A DNA stretch of 63,545 nt, counting the filler, from Reticulomyxa filosa (Eukaryota > Protista > Foraminifera), in assembly GCA_000512085.1 (NCBI GenBank). It is 19 parts of 19 records of this genome, joined end to end, with 100 filler letters (N's around TTAATTAATTAA, not from the genome) between each part and the next. Parts side by side here need not be neighbours in the genome. Positions count along the whole stretch, not along the records: positions 59,615 to 60,614 come from ASPP01046495.1; positions 60,715 to 61,876 come from ASPP01039805.1; positions 61,977 to 63,545 come from ASPP01025768.1; 16 more parts are not named here. One strand, given 5' to 3'. Positions 59,515-63,545 of this stretch are shown here, piece by piece. How positions within the stretch are numbered: position 1 is the first letter of the stretch; every line of letters starts with the position of its first letter. Below the pieces are notes generated by a model. The model had not been told where the DNA came from, searched no databases, and saw only the letters and a list, made by a program, of their open reading frames with translations. The position numbers and the translations under genes are program-made.

Positions 59515-62500
59515 NNNNNNNNNNNNNNNNNNNNNNNNNNNNNNNNNNNNNNNNNNNNTTAATTAATTAANNNNNNNNNNNNNNNNNNNNNNNNNNNNNN
59601 NNNNNNNNNNNNNNACATGATGAAAAAGAATGATGCAAAACTTTTCAAATAAATGCAATATATAATATAGTACATCATAGAGTAAAGATAGCATGTGATT
59701 TGTTCTGTGTAACCAGATTGAAACAAATTGTAAATGAAGCAATAGAATAACTTTATACTGAATAAGCGAAAAAGAATAAGAGAAAAAATGTTGTAAGAAA
59801 TAAAAGAAAAAGAAAAAATCTTAAACAAAGTTATTAAGCATATTTGATTCAAAATTAGAACATTAAAGTAAATTTTCATGGTTAACATAATTAGAAAATA
59901 AAGAATCAAAGAAAAAAGAATTAGTAAGAAAAACAAGTACATTATTGTATGTTTGTAGATTAACAGATGATGCAGAATTTGAATATTATATTAAAATTAG
60001 AAATATATATGATATGTCAAAAGCAAAATTAATGATCACAGAAAACAAATACTTAATTGATACGTATTTTAAAGATTTACTGATTAATGATAAAGTAAAG
60101 TTAACTAAAACATCGTAAGAAATGATAAATAAAAAATAATTAATATAATGAAGAAATTTGAAAAATTATCATATATACTTCAATAAAACTAAATAAATAA
60201 AGACTATTGATGACATTGCATAGTCTAGCATTCTTGGTCGTTAGGCTAATATATATATATAATTAAAGATTGTGAATTTCGAAATAATGATAATTAAATA
60301 ATATAATTATGTGCAAAAGAATTAAGTGTTAAAAATACAGATAACATGAAGCTAGTAAAGTTTTCTTCAATGCTTAAGTTTACTTTTTTCATTAAAGTAA
60401 TTAATTGCAATTTATAAAATTATACAGTATTAAAGGATTCAAGAAATAGTATATATTACAACAAGCTTACCAGATCCAGAAATTCAAGTTTTTGCGAAGA
60501 ATGAATTCAAAATCAAATTAGAGAGATCAAAAGATTATATGAAAGAGAAAATCGTAAAGATATTAGAAAGTGACATGTACATTGTTGCTATATGCTTGCA
60601 ATAAATAAGCAAAANNNNNNNNNNNNNNNNNNNNNNNNNNNNNNNNNNNNNNNNNNNNTTAATTAATTAANNNNNNNNNNNNNNNNNNNNNNNNNNNNNN
60701 NNNNNNNNNNNNNNTTTTTAAGATTTTGTCAAAAGTGTCGATCGAAATTTGAAGATTCAATTCAACCAAAAAAAAGGCATTGAAAAACTTGCGGGAAAAA
60801 AGAAATAAATATTTACTTGGTGAGATGCGTCATAAAACAATTAAACAAAAAAGTGAAAAAAACAAAATCAAACCAAAATAAAAAACATTCACACTAGAAG
60901 TGAGGTGTTTATTTCTCAATTTTATTTTTTAAAACACCAGATCAAATGTGTCAAAGTTAAATCATGGACAATCAAACAGGGAAACAAAATCCTGTTGAAG
61001 AGTTGGATGCAACGAAAGAAAAATGAAAGCGACATTACCAAGCACAAGACAATTATTTGATGATCCTGAACAATCTATTGATACTTGCTTGTGTGTGCAT
61101 TTCAGCATAAGGAAGTAAAGAGAGACGGAGGTGTATGAAAAAAGGCAAAGAGAATCTGAAAAAATTATTAAACTTAAAATTCCTTGAAAAAATTTACTTT
61201 TTGTTTTCTGTTTTCAAAAAACACAATTTCACAAACAAAGAGACATATTACATGAAAATGGCAATTATTAGTATGGAGAAAGATTGTTAAATTTTTTAGA
61301 AAAGCAGTGACCTCAAATATGATGATATAAGTTTGTTTTTGTTTGTGCAAATATTTTGGAGATGTTTTTTTGTAAAAAATTTACTGATTGTTCTAGTGAT
61401 TGTCCCATGCTCGCTAATATAAAAAGTATTAAATCCAATGTCTGATTGACCATTATTTTTATTGTCTTGCTTTTATTCCCAACAAACGCAAATCTCTTGC
61501 AAGGATTAGAATAAGAGATTACTACCACCAACGTAGAAAAGAGCATTGCCCAGAGAATAGTCCCATATTTCAAAAGAGTACTGTTTTCTCTTCACTTGTT
61601 TATAGTCGGCTGCTGACCTTTTTTGCATTAACACTTTGATTTTGTTTGTCTTCCTTTTCATTTGCTACACTTGACGAGGGATGAGATTTTTTCAACATTT
61701 GCAATAGAAACACATGCAGCAAGTTTTTTTATTTTGTTTTAGCTCGTTGGCGTCCCTATCCCCTCTTTCAAAACGCAATGCTATTGAAATATTTATTTTT
61801 AAATACTAAAATCATCTTAATCTCAAAACATTCAATGGAACTATCATAAATATAAATTCTGCTTTCTTTAAATGAANNNNNNNNNNNNNNNNNNNNNNNN
61901 NNNNNNNNNNNNNNNNNNNNTTAATTAATTAANNNNNNNNNNNNNNNNNNNNNNNNNNNNNNNNNNNNNNNNNNNNTGTCAATATTTTTTATTGCTATGT
62001 TGTAAAAAAAAAAAAAGATATTTTTTAGCAACTAAAAACCATAAATAAATCGTTATTTGTTTCACAAATCATCAAACAATAAGCATAATTAATATTACAA
62101 CAAAAGATCTTTATTTCAATTAACAAACAAAACTGATCAATGTTGTTATTGAATGTGATATTGAGAAAAAGCACAAAATAAAAAGAGAAATGAACAAGAA
62201 GAAGAAGAAGAAAAGAAATATTATAAAAAAAAATAATTGAATTAGATAAAAATGATTAACAATTAGCAAAATGAAATAATTAAATATCTCAACAATAACA
62301 TATTCAAACTGATCAAAAAACACAATAACAACGTAAGGAATAGATGTAAGCGGATTATTGGAATAATATTTTCAATATAATCATTGTGCACGTTATTTCA
62401 TCAATTAGAATAAACTTTACATATATTTAATATTGATTGAGATTGTATTGATATTTCTCATTTTTGCACATACAAATAACAAAAGATTACAAAATAATTA

Positions 62501-63413
62501 AATTTGGCATAACATTGTAAACATCAATAATTAAATGAAGATAATGTAATATGTCTATCTGAAATATCCTCCTTGATCATTGTATTAAATGTTAATTTAG
62601 AGTATATTTGCTTTGCATAATTTCGATAATAAAATTAATTGAATTTAGGACACTTTAATTTGTTTTGATGATATTCACAAGGAACGAGGTTCCAGATCGA
62701 CCTCTTATTAAATATTCTCTGTCTAAGATCAGTTGTAATAATCAAGAAATTGCAACAAGAGGTATATTTAAAATATTTGAAAGTTAAATGTCATTGTGGA
62801 AACAAAACACAAATATTTCTTCATAGCTCAACAGTTTTCAATATATTCTTAAAAACAAATTACTGATTTGCTCTTTATTTGGTACACAACAAAGCTAATC
62901 ACATGATTTGTGTTTATATAAAAAAAAAATTTCCAATTATAGTCATTTCAATAGATAAATATATTTATTTAAAAATAAAAAAATAATTATTTGATGAAAA
63001 CTTGGCAACTCTGTTGTTATGATTAAAATACATTCTTCTATTATGTAATTATAGAATTTTCGTTTATATTATTAAATAATTTAGCATATTTAGAAATTAT
63101 TTTTTACCAAAGTCATAAATTCGTCCTTTTTAATAATATTCTTATATTGTTGATGTTCCATTTATTGACTAAAAAAACTGTATTTATTTTACTGTCTGCC
63201 TTTCAAGTTTAGGACACCTTTTCCTTAATATTTGAATACAATTTTCATTTGTTATTCTTTAAAAAAATTGAATACATTTTTTTAAAAAGTAACATAAAAC
63301 ACATTTTTCAATGCTTGATATTCAATCAAATCAAATATGTTTAACATACTTTCTTAAATCAAATTTTTTATAGCAAAAAACATTCTCATTTCTTATTTAG
63401 CAAAAAATAAAAA

Positions 63414-63545
63414 TTATCCCCAAATACGAATAGGACCTTTGGCTAAACCATAACACATATTCAAATTATATTCAATATTTTTTATCTTATCTTTCTTTTT
63501 TAATTCAATAAATTTAAGACAATATATTCCATTATCTTCTTTATC
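63414..63545 (-). CDS. WD40 protein, 3' end
   Basis: DKEDNGIYCLKFIELKK...NMCYGLAKGPIRIWG* is paralogous to the end of the 4553-6671 gene (DDGILCFKFLGLK...LCYGSSKGIIRIWE). Confidence 0.9.
   Translation of the reverse strand, partial: DKEDNGIYCLKFIELKKKDKIKNIEYNLNMCYGLAKGPIRIWG

Noticed and set aside
7215-61976. Regularly recurring TTAATTAATTAA flanked by Ns, as a biological repeat or CRISPR-like array
   Set aside because: It is an identical 100-bp synthetic spacer with six-frame stops, used to concatenate contigs.
1-63545. A functional gene cluster (e.g. SUV3 + PPR, or TRAF-WD40 + RNF213 + SPRY as an immune island)
   Set aside because: The genes lie on different contigs joined artificially, so physical linkage is unsupported.

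Overview
This window is eukaryotic protist DNA, not a continuous locus. It is 19 short contigs joined by 18 artificial 100-bp linkers (N-run, TTAATTAATTAA, N-run), so adjacency across linkers carries no meaning. The AT-rich background, short GT-AG introns full of microsatellites, expanded WD40 families and divergent alpha-tubulin resemble a foraminiferan such as Reticulomyxa filosa (inference from recall, not a search). Recognisable genes, most truncated at contig edges: several WD40 proteins including a RING/TRAF-zinc-finger/coiled-coil/WD40 (TRAF7-like) protein, CK2-alpha-like kinase, SUV3 helicase, Furry/MOR2/Tao3, a PPR protein, a Nup98-like protein, G-alpha, a C2H2 zinc-finger factor, Cdc14, a Kelch-vWA protein, an FN3 protein, alpha-tubulin, ABHD13/BEM46, an EF-hand protein, an RNF213-like fragment, a Cys-rich GPI-type surface protein and a SPRY-like fragment. 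Mobile and repeat DNA: a decayed Tc1 (DD34E) transposase, two ~220-bp TG...CA elements with 4-bp target-site duplications, and a modular dispersed repeat carrying decayed coding sequence. The most striking observation is a Nup98-family protein whose repeat region uses Trp motifs (WNWG, WSWDWG, WDFG) instead of FG repeats. Its autoproteolytic HF/S site reads HWN and is followed almost immediately by a stop.
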